Assembly (NCBI GenBank): GCA_014905635.1
Contig: JABVCE010000015.1
Coordinates: 248,001-312,000, forward strand
DNA length: 64,000 nucleotides
Reading direction: 5' to 3'
Origin: Scenedesmus sp. PABB004
Taxonomy: Eukaryota
The position numbers were made by a program, and so were the translations under genes. Below, piece by piece: positions 20,107 through 32,778 of the stretch (position 1 is the first letter of the stretch; every line of letters starts with the position of its first letter). The notes below the pieces were generated by a model that saw nothing but the letters and a program-made list of their open reading frames with translations, made no database searches and had not been told where the DNA came from.

Positions 20107-21577
20107 GCTGAGGGAGCGGGCGGGCGGCGCGGGGGAGCCACCCGGGCTCGCGACGCGGCGCCTGCAGCTAGCTGCTGCCCGCGGCACCCCGCCAGCGCGG
20201 GGCCGCGGCGCCGGCGCCGGCGCCCGGGGGGGGGGATCTTCTGCAGGTGCAGGGGGAAGGCCTCTCAGAGGCCGGGCGCAGATGGAGAGGGAGGGGCCCT
20301 GGCGCGCGTTGCTTTGCTGCTCTCTCAGGCCGGAGTGACGCGTGCCGTCGCGGGAGCTTGAGTCTCTTGACTGGTGGGTTGCCTGAGTCTGTGCCACATC
20401 GCGCCCCAAGAAAGCGAGCGCCGCACGCCTGTGCGCGTGCGTGCGGCCGCGCGCGGCCGGGCCGGCCGCGCCCGCGCGGGCGCGGGGGCCGGCGCCGCGC
20501 CCGCGCGGGCGCTGTACCATCACACACATTGCGCAGCCATTGCACGCCTGTATGCCTGTACACCAACAACCACCAACAACCACCCGCCGCGGAGCACATG
20601 GCACGCGGTCAGGGGCGGACGAGCGAGGACGGGGACGGGGACGGGGACCGACCGGCGCGCGCCGGCCTCGGCGCGCGCGCCGCGGCCGCGGGGCGAGGGC
20701 GCGCTGGCTGGCGGCGCGGCTGCTGACGTGAGACGGCGGCGCGGGATGCCGCGCGCCCCCACAGCGGGGCGCTGCTGGCGCGTGCGTGGGCGGGCCGCCT
20801 GCGTGCGGCCTCGTCTGGCCCCGCGCGGCACAGTGACGAGCGCCCCAGGGGGCGCCCCGACCGGCCAGCGGCTGGCACGGCGTGTGTACATCAGCAGCGA
20901 CGACAGGGGAGCCGCCGCCGCCGCGCGCGCGCCGCCGGTCCATTGCCGCGGCGGCGCGCGCGCGGCGCGCGTGCGCGGCGCGGCCTCGATGTGCGGCGGT
21001 GATGCGGCGAGAGAAGAGCGGGCACCGGGGCATTCTTGGTTGGCGACCACGGCGACAGAGGGCATCGGTCCCTTATCTCTGGCGGCCTCGCAGCGCAAGC
21101 GAATAATCAGGCGAGCGCAGCGTGGAGCGACGCGCCAGCGCGCGCCGCGCGCGGGGCTGTTTGCGTTTGTGTTTGTGTTTGTGGGTGCGTGTGCACGAGC
21201 TGGACGGCGTGGTGCAACACGTGAACATGCGCGCCGGCCGGCCGGTGCGGGAGCAGCGGCGCGCGTCACCCGACGGCCGCGCCGCGGGGCGGCGGCGTGG
21301 CGCCGCCTCAGGCAAGCGGCTCGCCTGATCAGCGACGTCGTGGCTCGCAACGCGCGCGTCGCCGGGGCGCCCCCTCGGCGCGCCCCGCGGCTCACCGCCC
21401 GCGCCCGCTCGCCCGCCCGGTGCGTCGCGCCCACGTCGGCGCTGTTCGCGGTCCCAGAGTGCCCCCGCCCACGGGCCACCGCGCGGGCCCGACCCACGCA
21501 CGCGCGCGCGCCGAGCACGCCGAGCAGAGCCGCGGCGCCGAGCCCGCGGGTCCGCAGGCGCCGCGGACGCGCGCGCC

Positions 21578-24500
21578 ATGGCGGGCGTCGGGCCTATGCC
21601 CGGCGTGCTGCCGCCGGAGCCGTCGAGGGAGAGCCACACCATGGCGCTGGCCAAGGACAAGGCCAAGCTGGCCGTGGCCGCGGTGAAGGGCGAGGACACG
21701 CAGGTGCGGCGCCCCGACGACGCCTCGCGGCAGCCCCGGCGCTCAGCCAGGCGGCGGGCGCCGCTGGCGGGCGCGCAGGGGTGCTGCAGCCGGGTGCTGC
21801 TGCATGGCCCTCCCGCCCGCGCCCGGCCCCCGCGGACCCGCCCGCCGCGCGGGCGCGGGCCGGGCCGACGCGCCGCGGCTCGTGGGCGCTCTCGCCGCCG
21901 CCTGGGCCCCGCCTGAGCGATCCGGCCGGCGGTTGCGCGCCGTCGCTGCTGCGCTGCGCGCGGCGCCCGCCAGGACCTCTACGTCGCCGTCACCAAGGCC
22001 ACGCTGCCGGACGAGGTCGTGCCCAAGGAGAAGCACGTCCGCAGTGAGCGCCCCCGCCGCGCTGGGCGGCGCGCCGCGGAGGTGCCGCCGCCGGCGCCGA
22101 GCCCGCGCCGCGCCGCCGCGCGCCGCGCCGCCCGCGCGCAGCGCTGCGCATCGCGTGCAGCGCGCACTCGCCGCGCCCCGCGGTCGACTACGTGATCTAC
22201 AAGCTCGCCAAGCGCCTCGCGAGCCCGTCGTGGCTCGTGGCGCTCAAGGCGCTGATGACCTTCCACCGCCTCCTGCGAGAGTGCGACGCGAGCTTCCAGG
22301 AGCAGGTGCGCCGCGCCGCCGCCGCGCCGCGCGCCGGCCGCGCCGCCGCGCCGCCGCGCCGCTGCGCCGCCGCGCCGCCACGCCGCCGCCGCCGCGCACC
22401 GCGCCGCCGCGCGGCCCGCCGGCCAAACCCGCCGCCGCCGCCGCGGCCGGCCCGCGCCCGCGCGCGCGCAGCTGCTGCGCTTTGCGGACCGCACGGGGCG
22501 GCACCACCTGCTCGCGCTCGACCGCTTCGCCGACCACTCGAGCCGCGAGGCCTGGGACTACTCCGCGTGGGTGCGGGCATACTCGGCCTACCTCGACGAG
22601 CGCCTCGAGGTCTACAGGCGCGCGCGGGGCGGGGCGGCAGGGCGCGGCGCGGCGGCGCGCGGCGCGGCGGCGCGCACCAGGGCGCGGCGGCGGCGCGGCG
22701 CGGAGTGCGGGCAGCCGCGCGGGGTGCGGGCAGCCGCTGGCCGCGCGGGCGCGCGCGGCCCGGGCGTGAGCCCGCCGCCGCCGTCCGGCGGTCGCAGGAC
22801 GATTCGGTTCGACCCCGAGGGCAACGTCGCGACGCCGCAGCAGCAGCAGCAGGTCGCCGCGGCGGGCGGCGGCTACGCCAACGGCGCGGGGCCGTACGGG
22901 GGGCCCACCGGCGCCTATGGCGGCCCGACCGGCGGCTATGGCGGGCCCACGGGCGGCTACGGGGGGCCGACCGGCGGCTATGGCGGCCCCACCGGCGCCT
23001 ATGGCGGCCCGACCGGCGCGCCCTATGGTGGCCCCACCGGCGGCTACGGCGCCGGCCCCACCGGCGCGCCCTATGGCGGCCCCACGGGTGAGGCGGGCGG
23101 CGGCGCAGGGAGGGGCAGGGGCGCAGCGGCTGCGCGGGCGGCGCCCAGGCGGCAGCCCACCACGCGCGCGCCGCACGCCCCCAGGCGCCAACGGCTACGG
23201 CGGCGGCGGCTACGGCGCGCCCGCGGGCGGCGCGGCGGCCGGCTCGCCGCCGGCGCCTCCGGGCGGCGTCAAGCTCAAGGACTGCGCCGCGCCGGAGCTG
23301 CTGGCGCACCTGCCGCGCGTGCAGCGCCTCATGGCGCGCCTGCTGCTCTGCGTGCCGGAGGGCGCGTCGGCGCACCACCCCATCGTGCTGGTGCGCGGCG
23401 GCGGCGCGGCGCGGGAGGGGGCCTGCTGCGCGGCGGCAGCAGGCGCGCGAGGCGCCGCCGCGCGTCCTGCTGCCGCCGCCAACCCCGCCGACCCCGCGCC
23501 GCGGGCTCCGCGCCTCCCTCCCGCGCGCGCGCGCAGACGTCGTGCTCGTGGGTGCTCAAGGAGAGCCGCGCGGTGTACAAGGCGGCGAGCGAGGGCGTGA
23601 TGAACCTGGCGGACAAGTTCTTCGAGATGGAGCGCGCCCAGGCGCTGCAGGCGCGGCGGCGGCGCGCGCGACGCGCGCTTGGCACGCGCGGCGCGCGGCC
23701 TCGGCCCCCGCGCCCCGCCGCCGCCCCTCTCCCTCTCACCGCACCCCGTCCCCCGCCCCCGTCCCTGTGCGTCACCCGGCCGACCCGGTGTCGCCCCTCC
23801 TTTAACCCTGAACCCTTCAAACCTCAGGGCATTGAGCTGTACAAGGAGAACCTCGCGCTGTGCGAGCGCCTCAACGCCTACTACGCGGCGATGCAGGGCC
23901 TGCCCGCGCTGCGGTGCGTGCGTGCGTGCGTGTGTGCGTGTGTGCGCGGGAAGCCGGGCGGGCGCCCGCGGCGGCGGCGGCGCGCGCGGCCTCGGACGGG
24001 GCGCTTCCTCCGCGCCCACGCCCCGCCGCCCGCCCGTGCGTGCCGCGCCGCTGCCGTCCCACAGGAGCGCGATACAGTACCCCCACCTCGCGCCGCTGCC
24101 GGCCGACTTCCTCACCGCGATGGAGGAGTATGTGGCAGAGGCGCCGGCGGACCGCGGCGGCGGCGGCGGCGGTGGGGCGCACAGCCCGCGCCGCGGCGGC
24201 CCGCCCGCGGGCAACCGGTGCGGCGCCGCGGGGCGCGGGGACGCGCGGGGAGCGCGGGGAGTGCGGGGCGCGCGGGGCGCAGAGAGTGCGGGAGGGGCGC
24301 GAGAGCCGAACCGGCCCCGCCGCGCGTCGCGCAGGGTGAGCAGCATGGCCGCGCGCGGCGGCACGACGAGCAGCGCGTTTGCGGGCGGCGACGTCGCGCT
24401 CAGCCCGCCGCCGGGCGAGCTGCGCGCGCCGGGCGCGGCGGAGGAGGAGGCGGCGGCCGCGGCGGCCGCGGCGGCGGCCGCCGCGGAGGAGGAGGAGGCG

Positions 24501-25836
24501 GCGCGCCGGCGCTCGGCGGCGGCCGAGGCGGCGCGGCAGCAGGCGGCGGCGCAGATTGACCTGCTTTCGTTTGACGACGACGACGAGCCCGGTGAGCGGC
24601 GCGCCGGCGCTGTGCAGCGGGCGGGCGGCGGCGGGCGCCGGCCGCTGCGGCGGGCGGGGCGCGGCCCGCAGCGCCGACGCCCGCTCGCGCGCCGCTCGCG
24701 CGCCGCCGCCGCGCAGCGCCGTCCACGTCCGCGCCGGCGCCGGCGCCGGCGCCGGGGGAGCTGGACTTTCTGGCCGAGGGCATGGGCAACGGCGCGGCGG
24801 CGGGGGCACAGCAGCAGCCGGGCGCGGCCGACGGCTTTGGCGAGCCGCCGGCGTTCGGCCCCAACGGCGGCGCCGCGTACGGGCAGCAGCCGGGTGCGGC
24901 GGCGGCGGCGGTGCCGGCGCCGGCGGCGGCGGCGCGCCCCCGCGGCCCGCGCGCGCGCGCCGCGCGCCCGCCCACGCCTCCCGCCCGCCCGCCCCGCCGC
25001 CGCCCGCCCGCGCGTCCAGGCCCGCCCGCGTACCCGGGCGCGCCGTGGGGCGGCGCGCCGCCGCCGCCGGGGCCGTACGGCCCCGCGTATGCGGCGGGCC
25101 CCACCGGCTACGCCCACGACCCGTACGGTGCGCCCTACGGCGCCCCGGGGCCCTACGGCGCGCCAAGCCCGTATGGCCCCTACGCCGCGGGGCCCACGGG
25201 CATGGGCCCGCAGAGCATGGCGATCGTGCCAGTCGGTGCGTGCGCGCGCGGCGGACGGGCGCCGCTCCTCCGCGCCGCGCGCCCGCGCCGCGCGCCCGCG
25301 CCGCGCGCCCGCGCCGCGCCCGCACCGCGCGGGCGCCGCGCCGCGCCGCGACGCCGCCGCGCGTCCGCGCCCGCCGGCGCAGGCATGCACCCGATGGCGA
25401 TGGTGCCCTACGGCATGGGCGGGCCCTTTGGCGGCCCCACCGGCGCGCTCGGCCCGCCTGCGGGCGCGGCGGCAAACCCGTTCAACCCCTTCCTCGCGGT
25501 GCCGCCGCCCGGCGCGGCCGGCGGCGCCGCGCCGGCCGGCCCCGTGCGCCTGGCCGGCGACCCGCTCAACGCGCTCACCGACGAGCTGCTCGGCCCGCCC
25601 AAGTGCGCCGCTGGCGGCCGCGCGCGGCGCGCGCGTGTGCACGCCGGGCGGGCGGGCGAGACGGCGCGCGGCGGCGCTGGCGCCAGGGCGCTGACGGCGC
25701 CGCGCCGCGCCGCGCCGCGCCGCGCTGCTGCAGGTCGAAGCAGATCGAGGCGCACCAGCCGTCGCTGAACGAGATCAAGCAGGCCCGCCTCGCGCCGCCA
25801 CCCGGCGAGCAGCAGCAGCAGCAGCAGCAGCAGTGA
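21578..25836 (+). CDS. ANTH-domain clathrin assembly protein (AP180/PICALM-like); multi-exon
   Basis: DLYVAVTKATLPDEVVPKEKHVR, WLVALKALMTFHRLLRE, WDYSAWVRAYSAYLDERLE, VLKESRAVYKAASEGVMNLADKFFEM and LAPLPADFLTAMEEYV; clathrin-box-like DLLSFD, NPFNPF and a poly-Q end. Confidence 0.93.
22890..23088 (+). repeat. Coding 21-24 bp tandem repeat (YGGPTGG/YGGPTGA) x about 9 inside the ANTH gene
   Basis: GPYGGPTGAYGGPTGGYGGPTGGYGGPTGGYGGPTGAYGGPTGAPYGGPTGGYGAGPTGAPYGGPT. Confidence 0.9.
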
Positions 25837-26542
25837 TGATGGCGCCAGGCGCGGTGCAGAGAGGGCGCGGGCCGACGCGGCAACGCAGGCTGGCTGTGGG
25901 GAGGCAGCAGCGGCAGCGCGCCGGCTGGCGGCGCGTCGTCTATGGGGGCCACGCAGCGATGGCGGGGAGGGGGGATGGATGCATCTGGCTGTGCAGGCCG
26001 GCGCGGCGCACGCGCCGGCGGCGGCTGCGCTTTTGCGAGTCGCCGAGTAACACGGCGGCGATGTTGCTGCCCGCCGCCGCCCGGCCTGCGCCGCCAGAGC
26101 GAGAGGGAGAGCACAACGAGGGGCCGCACTAGGAGCGCGCGCGGACGCACCAACAGGGCAGTGAATCATCACAGGGGCCGCCGCCCGGCATCGACGAGGC
26201 CGAGCGTGAGCGGCGCGAGCCGGCGGGGGGCCAGTTTTCCTTCGGCGGGTGGTGCAGGTGATTGGCTTCCCTGAGAGCGCGCGGGCGGCGCGCGGCAACG
26301 GCCAGCGGCGCAGCGGGCGGTGTCGGATGCTCAGCGCCGTGGGAGCTTTGCGCGCCCGGTCCCGGCACGGCGCCGCGTGGCGCGAGGGACCCTCTGGCGG
26401 TGTCGGACGCGCGCCGAGACGGCCCGCGCGCGCCGCCGCCGACCGCAGGCCGGCGGGGCGCAGCTGTTTGCCCGGCCAGCCCGGGCTCTCGCCCGCCCAG
26501 CCCGGGCTCTCGCGCGCGCATGGGCGCGGCCCGCCGCCCGGC

Positions 26543-29500
26543 ATGAGCCTGGAGGGCGACGACTTCAGCGACTCGTCCAGCGATGGTGAGGCCGACGGCC
26601 CCGCCGCGGCGCGGGGCGGTGGCGGCGGCGCGCCGGCCGCGAGCGGCTCGGCCGCGACCTCCGGCGGCCGCAAGCGCAAGGGCCGGCTCACCGAGGAGGA
26701 GCGGCGCAGCCGGCGGCGCGCGGCCAACCGCGAGAGCGCGCGGCGCATGCGCGCGAAGCGCAGCGAGGAGGTGACCGCGCTCGTCGCGGAGAAGCAGCGG
26801 GTCGAGGGCCGCAACGCGGAGCTGCTCGCGGCCAACCGCGACTACGCGGCCGCGCTCGCGGCGGTGCAGGCCGAGGTGGCGCAGCTGCGCGAGGCGCTCA
26901 GCGGCGGCAGCCGCGGCGTCAGCGGCGCGGGCGCGGGCGCGGCGCCCGGCGCGCCGCCGTGGGCGGCGGCGGCCGCGCCGTCGTCGGGCGGCGGGCGCTC
27001 GGGCCTGCTCAGCACCGGCGCGTTCGAGGGCCACGGCGGCGGCGCGGGGCCGCACTGCGCGAGCCCCGCGCTCGGAGGCCCGGCGCTGCCGGGGGGGCTG
27101 CCGCCGGGCTTTGCCGCACCCGGGCTCCCCCTGCAGCCGGGCCACCACCACATGCTGGCGCTGGCGGGCCTGGGCGGCGGCGGCTTCGCGCCGTACGGCG
27201 CACCCGCCGCGCCGCAGCAGCAGCAGCACGCGGCGGGCCTGGCGGGCCTGGCCGCGCTGCACGCCGGCGCCCTCCGCGCCGGCTCTGGCGTGCTGCCCGA
27301 CACGCCGCTCGCGCAGTGCGCGCCGCCGCTCCGCTTCCCCAGCAACGCCAGCCACCACAGCGAGGGCGAGCACCTCGCCGCGCGCGCGCGGTCCTCGCTC
27401 GGGCGCACCGGCGGCGGCAGCGGCGGCGCGCTCGCGGCGGCGGCCGCGGCCGCCAACAACGGCGGCAGCGCGCACGGCAGCGGCAGCGCCGCGGCCGCTG
27501 CCAACGACAGCAGCGGCGCGCAGGCCATGGACGGCAGCGGCGCGGCGCCGCGCTGCGGCAAGGATGGCGGCGGCGCCGCGCCGCAGGCGCCGGAGGGCCC
27601 CTGCGACGGCGCAGGCGCGGCGCAGGAGCACGTGGACCGGCTTGCCCGGCACGGCCAGCTCGCCACCGCGGCGGCCGCCGCGGGCGCCATCCCTGGCTGG
27701 CCCGCGGCGCGCTGGCCGCCGCCGGGCGCGGCGGCGCGGCCGGAGCCGGCGGCGGCGCCGGGCGGCTTCCTGCTGCCCGGCTCCGACCCGGACCTGTGCG
27801 CCGCGGGGCGGCGGCTGGCCGGCTCCGCGGACGATCTGCTCGAGGTGATGCTGCAGGCGATGCCCGGCCCCGCCAGCCCGGCCAGGGCCGGCGGCGCCGG
27901 CGCGGGCGAGCCCGCGCGCGCCGCGGCCCCGGGCGCGCAGGAGCCGGAGGGCGGCACGGGCGCCGCCGCCGCCGCCGCTGCCGCCGCGCTGGCGGCGCGC
28001 GGCAGCGCGTTCGCGGGCCTCGGCCTGGGCCCCGCGGTGCCGGCGCCGGCGCCCCGAGCTGCCGCGGCGGCCACGCCCGGCGCGCCTCTGCCCGCGCTGG
28101 GCGGCGCGGCCGTGGGCCTGCTGGCGGGCTCGGCGCTCGACCCGTTTGAGCAGTGGGCCAGCCGGCACGGCGCGGCAGACGGCGGCGGCCGGGAGCTGCT
28201 GGCGCAGCTGGGCTCGGCGCTGCACGCCGACGTGCCGCCGGCGCCGGTGGGGTTGTACGATGGCGGCGCCAATCGCAGCGGCTCTGGCAGCCAGCGGCGC
28301 AGCGGGACGCACAGCGGGCAGCACCGGCCGCGCCACAAGCAGGGGCGCGAGGCCGCGGGCAGCCGGCGCGACAGCGACAGCTGGCAGCGCGGCAGCGGCG
28401 GCACGGCGCAGCACCACCTGGGCCGCGCGGCGAGCCCGCAGGCGGCGCCCAGCGGCGCCTGGCAGCAGGAGCAGCCGCCGGGGGAGGCGTGGGACGCCGG
28501 CGCCGCGTCGACCACCTGCCACGGCTCCTCTGGCCCCGCGCTCGCGGCGACGGCCGCTGCGGCGGCGGCGGCGCGGCTGCCGCGCCCCGCGCCGAGCGCG
28601 CAGACGAGCCTGCTGCAGTCAACCTGTATCAGCTGCACCGGCGAGCAGCACGGCTGGGGCTCGCCCACCGTGGCGGCGGCGGCGGCCTGCGAGGAGGCGC
28701 TGGGGGCAGACCTGGCCGAGACGGCGGCGGCGCCGCCGCGGCAGGAGCCGGCGCCGCTGGCGGAGCGGGCGGCCTCTGCGCCCTCGCCGCCGCAGGCCGA
28801 CCGCGCCGCGTGCAGCCGCCCCGCCGCGTCGGCGGTGCCGCACGCGGCGTCGCCGCTGTCCGGCGTGGCAGACGGCTGCCGCAGCTATGCCTCCGACCCG
28901 GTCTGCGGCTGGGGCGCGGCGCCGATGCACAGCGCCGGGGACGGCGGCTGGATGGACGCATGGGATGGCGGCGCCGCCCTCGGCGTGCGCGGCGAGCGCC
29001 ACCCCCTCGACGAGCCGCCGCGCGGCGCGCCCGCGCCTGCGCTGGCGCCCGCGCAGGGCGGCGGGCTGGGCATCAGCCCGCAGCTGGGCATCAGCCCGCA
29101 GCTGCAGGCGCTGCAGACGCAGCTGCGGGACGCGATTCAGCGCAACCGGCAGCAGCAGCAGCTCCTGCACTGGCAGCTGTACGACGGGACGCCCCCGCTG
29201 GGCGCGGGCCAGCACCCGGGCGGCGGGGAGCCGGTCGGCGTCGCTGGCGGCGCCGTGCCCGACGCGCCCGACTCGCCGCCCCAGCTGGACGCGCTGCTGT
29301 GGGCGATGCAGGCGCAGGAGCAGCAGCGCCGCCGCGAGCAGCCGCCGCCTGCGGCGGGCTGGGCGGCGCAGGCCGCGCAGCACGCGGCGTGGCTGCAGCA
29401 GGCGCAGCTCGCGCAGGGCCAGCCGGCGCTCGCGCTGCAGTGGGACGCGGCCGGCTGCGCCCTGCCGCTGCCGCTCGCCGGCTCCCCTGTCGCGCCCCTG

Positions 29501-29668
29501 CCCGGGCTCGGCGGCGGCGCGGCCGGGCAGCAGCTGCAGCGCCACGCGCTGCTGGCGCCTGGGTGGGTGCCGCAGCCCGCCGACAGCAGCGTGGCGGCCC
29601 GGGCGGGCAGCGCGCCGGTGGCGCTGGACAGCGCGAGCGGCTGGGGGCCGGGCGAGGGTGCCTCCTAG
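26543..29668 (+). CDS. bZIP transcription factor with long Ala/Gly/Pro/Gln-rich disordered C-terminus, apparently intronless (about 1041 aa)
   Basis: RKRKGRLTEEERRSRRRAANRESARRMRAKR (N-x7-R basic region) followed by a heptad zipper; one open frame to TAG 29668. Confidence 0.88.
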   Translation: MSLEGDDFSDSSSDGEADGPAAARGGGGGAPAASGSAATSGGRKRKGRLTEEERRSRRRAANRESARRMRAKRSEEVTALVAEKQRVEGRNAELLAANRDYAAALAAVQAEVAQLREALSGGSRGVSGAGAGAAPGAPPWAAAAAPSSGGGRSGLLSTGAFEGHGGGAGPHCASPALGGPALPGGLPPGFAAPGLPLQPGHHHMLALAGLGGGGFAPYGAPAAPQQQQHAAGLAGLAALHAGALRAGSGVLPDTPLAQCAPPLRFPSNASHHSEGEHLAARARSSLGRTGGGSGGALAAAAAAANNGGSAHGSGSAAAAANDSSGAQAMDGSGAAPRCGKDGGGAAPQAPEGPCDGAGAAQEHVDRLARHGQLATAAAAAGAIPGWPAARWPPPGAAARPEPAAAPGGFLLPGSDPDLCAAGRRLAGSADDLLEVMLQAMPGPASPARAGGAGAGEPARAAAPGAQEPEGGTGAAAAAAAAALAARGSAFAGLGLGPAVPAPAPRAAAAATPGAPLPALGGAAVGLLAGSALDPFEQWASRHGAADGGGRELLAQLGSALHADVPPAPVGLYDGGANRSGSGSQRRSGTHSGQHRPRHKQGREAAGSRRDSDSWQRGSGGTAQHHLGRAASPQAAPSGAWQQEQPPGEAWDAGAASTTCHGSSGPALAATAAAAAAARLPRPAPSAQTSLLQSTCISCTGEQHGWGSPTVAAAAACEEALGADLAETAAAPPRQEPAPLAERAASAPSPPQADRAACSRPAASAVPHAASPLSGVADGCRSYASDPVCGWGAAPMHSAGDGGWMDAWDGGAALGVRGERHPLDEPPRGAPAPALAPAQGGGLGISPQLGISPQLQALQTQLRDAIQRNRQQQQLLHWQLYDGTPPLGAGQHPGGGEPVGVAGGAVPDAPDSPPQLDALLWAMQAQEQQRRREQPPPAAGWAAQAAQHAAWLQQAQLAQGQPALALQWDAAGCALPLPLAGSPVAPLPGLGGGAAGQQLQRHALLAPGWVPQPADSSVAARAGSAPVALDSASGWGPGEGAS

Positions 29669-32600
29669 GTTCACTTGGCTGTGCTGAGTTGGAAGGCCCG
29701 GGGCGTTGAGTGGGCCGGAGGGGTGCGCTTGGCGGCATTCGCTCAGAGGCGAGGGCCCGGGGGGCACTGCCTGCGTATGTGCGTGGCCCGCGACGCCCAG
29801 CGGGCGCTCGCACCACGCGTGCCAGCTGGCACCTAGCAGCTACGGGGGCAGCACTGACCAGCGCGCTCCTGCGCGCCATGCGCCGGCCGCCGGCAGCGGC
29901 GCCGCTCCCACACCCCAGCGCGGCGTGGCCCCGCCCGGGGCCGCGTCCGCTGGCCCACCCTTGCATTCTTGTTTGCAGCCACCCCGTCACGCACGCGCCT
30001 GTGCCCCCCGTCGATTTTGCTGCCGCCGCGTTGTCTCGAGGTTGTGTGAGGTCGACGCGTCCCCTCCCGCCGCGCGGCGCGCCCGCTGGGGCCGCCGCCG
30101 GCGCCAGCACCACCTCGCGCGCGGCGCTGAGCTGCCGCGCGCGTCCACGAACGCATGCCTCCCCCGGCTGGAGCGCCGCGGCGCCTTTTTGCACTGCGGT
30201 ATGCGTTATGTTTGTGGGTCGCGGCGGGGCTCGCCCGGGTGCGCAACGGCGCCGCCCCGCCGCGCCCTCGCCGCGCGCGCTGGCGCCGGCGCCCCGCGCT
30301 GCACTGCTTTGGGGCGGGGCGGCTCGGAGGGAGGCTGTGTGGGGGAGGGGAGGGGTTTGGCGGCATCGCTTGGCCCACGGGATGCAAGCTTTTCAAAATT
30401 GCCAGCGTGCAGGGGCGTGCCGCCCCCCGTGCGCCCGGCCTCGCGTGTGCTCCTCGCTCTCCCCAGTGTCTGCCACGCCTCGCACTTGCCTGGTCTCCTC
30501 CCACGCGCGTGCCCCACGCAGCGCGCATGCGGTATCGCCCTGATCCGTCGCTTGGCCTGGGAACTCGAGCGCGCCGGCTGATCAGACAATGCACGCCGCC
30601 CCCGATGCGCACACCAGCTTGACCTGCTCCAGCTCCGCCCCCCGCGTGTAACCCCGAACGATCGATCGATCGATCGCCGGTCGAGGCGCTGGCCAGCGCC
30701 TCGCAGCGGCCATGGCCGCTGCGCGCGCGGGGGGGGGGGGGGGGGGGGGGGGGGGCTGGGCCGCAGCGCGCGGGCTCCGAGGCGCGCTGGCAACGCGCGG
30801 GGCGGCTGGCTGGAGGGGCAGCCACCTGGTTTACTCCGTGCCCCCCCCCCCCTCTCGCGCGCGTGGAGAGAGACACAGGTGCCTGCTGCTGCGCTTGCTC
30901 GCGCCGCGATCGCGACGGGCGCGTGCTGCACAGCAACGGCGCCGCCGGGCGGGTCGGGCATCATATTGACACTGGCATGCCAGTGCCAATGTGCACTCGC
31001 GGCCAGCCAAGGCCGCCGCAAGGCCGCCGCAAGGGGCGCGCGCGGAGAGAGGAGACAGGGGAAGGGGGCCGGCCGCGGGCCGCCGCACGGCAGGCCGGGC
31101 AGGTGCAGCCCCCTCCCCACACGCGCACACACGCACACACACGCTTTGTTTGTTGACGTGACCTCACTCCGCGCGGCAGGCCAGGGTACCCTGGCGCGGG
31201 GCGCCCGCGCAGCGGCCCCCTCGTATTGGGGGCGCCGCGGCGGCGGGGCTTGGTTCTTGCTGTCTCGCGCCTCGCAATGGAGCGCTCCAGGCCGTGTGTC
31301 CGGGCAATCGCGCAGAGGAATGGAATATGGGGTGACAAGCTGCCGCGCACGCGCGCCGCACACGTTGTTCCGCTCCAGTCCGGGACTGCCCGCACGCGCA
31401 CACGCAGGCAGGCACGCGACGCGCGCGCGCGTCGCGGGGCAGCAGGCGGCGGCGCGCGCCCGCTGGGGGCGCGCCTGCGGCGCAAGCGGGCAAGTGCTGT
31501 AGGGGCGCGCCGCCGCGCCCCCTGCAAGGCAGTGCATGATGGAAACAACGACAACAAGGCTGCCTGTACAGGCCTCCCGCCAGCCAGCGCACGCACAGTC
31601 CCCCGCCCGCGCGCCACGGGCGTGAGCAGCGCGCAAAAACCGCCGCAGGGGGGACTGACTGATCGTACACAGGGCGCTGCAAGCAAGCAAAGAAAAGGGA
31701 AGGAGAAGGCGCCGCCAGCCTGCGCCGCGCTCCAGCTAGCTCGCCGTGGGCGAGTGAGTTCAGTGCACCGTGGAAGGGGCCCGGGTGATTGTGTGTGTGT
31801 GAGTGAGTGTGTGGAAAGCTTTGCCCGCCGCCGTGGCAGGCAAGCAAGGCATGAGGCGGGGCGGTGAGCTGCACAATGGAGCAGCAGGGCGCGAGGCGCA
31901 GGCGGGCCAACACGACGAAGCAGCGTCCGCACGCGGCGGTGGGCAGTGTGTGTGTGTGTGTGTGTGCAGCCGAGCCACCCGCGGGGCAGCTGCGGCCTTG
32001 TGGGCACGCGCGGCGGCCAAACCGACACGCGCACACCCCCACCAGCCCGCGTGCCGGTGATCCATCCGATCACCGGCGGTGGTTTTCCATCCAATCCATC
32101 CGATCCGCTCCGAGCCGTCGCCGACCAACAACACACAAACCATGCTATGAGGCCGCGACCGCCGGGCGGCGCCTCGCTCAAGCGCCCGTGCGGACAGAGC
32201 GCGGCCGCCAACGCCACCATCCCGGTGCTGGTGCTAGCAGTGACGCGCACGCCATCCCGCCCCGTCTTGAGCACACCAGCGTCATCGCAACACAGGCCAC
32301 ACTGTGCCCCGTCAGTCTGTGAGTTAGGCACAGGCGAGCGAGCATGCTGTCGAGCGCGGGATGCAGTCCACCACCGGCCATGGGGGAGGGGGCGTCGCCG
32401 CCGCCACTCCCCGGGGGGGCCGGCAACTGGGCCCGCTTTTTCTTCGACGGGCCCACAATAGTGGTTGCGTTCTCGCCCCCCCCCCCCCCCCCCCATCTTG
32501 CTTCAGCAGCACGCCCATTTGGGGCCGCCTGCCTGCCGCTGACACAAACCGCGCGGCCCGTTGTTCGGGGCCGCCCAGCACACGCCGGCCCGCCGCCTTT

Positions 32601-32778
32601 TTGTCGGCCCGCCGCCTTTTTGTTGAGGCGGCAGCCGGCCGCGGAGCACACACACTCTGACGAGCTTGGGGCGCGCGGGCGGCGCCCAAGGTGGGCGCGG
32701 CCCGCGCTCGCTGCAATCCAGACCAATGTGAGGCCAGCGTGCGTTCCTTGCCGCTCCTCACCGCGCAGCCGCGGCCGC

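Noticed and set aside
30659..30756. (CGAT)n palindrome and long poly-G run
   Set aside because: Simple slippage repeats; poly-G/C runs occur throughout and their lengths may be sequencing-dependent.
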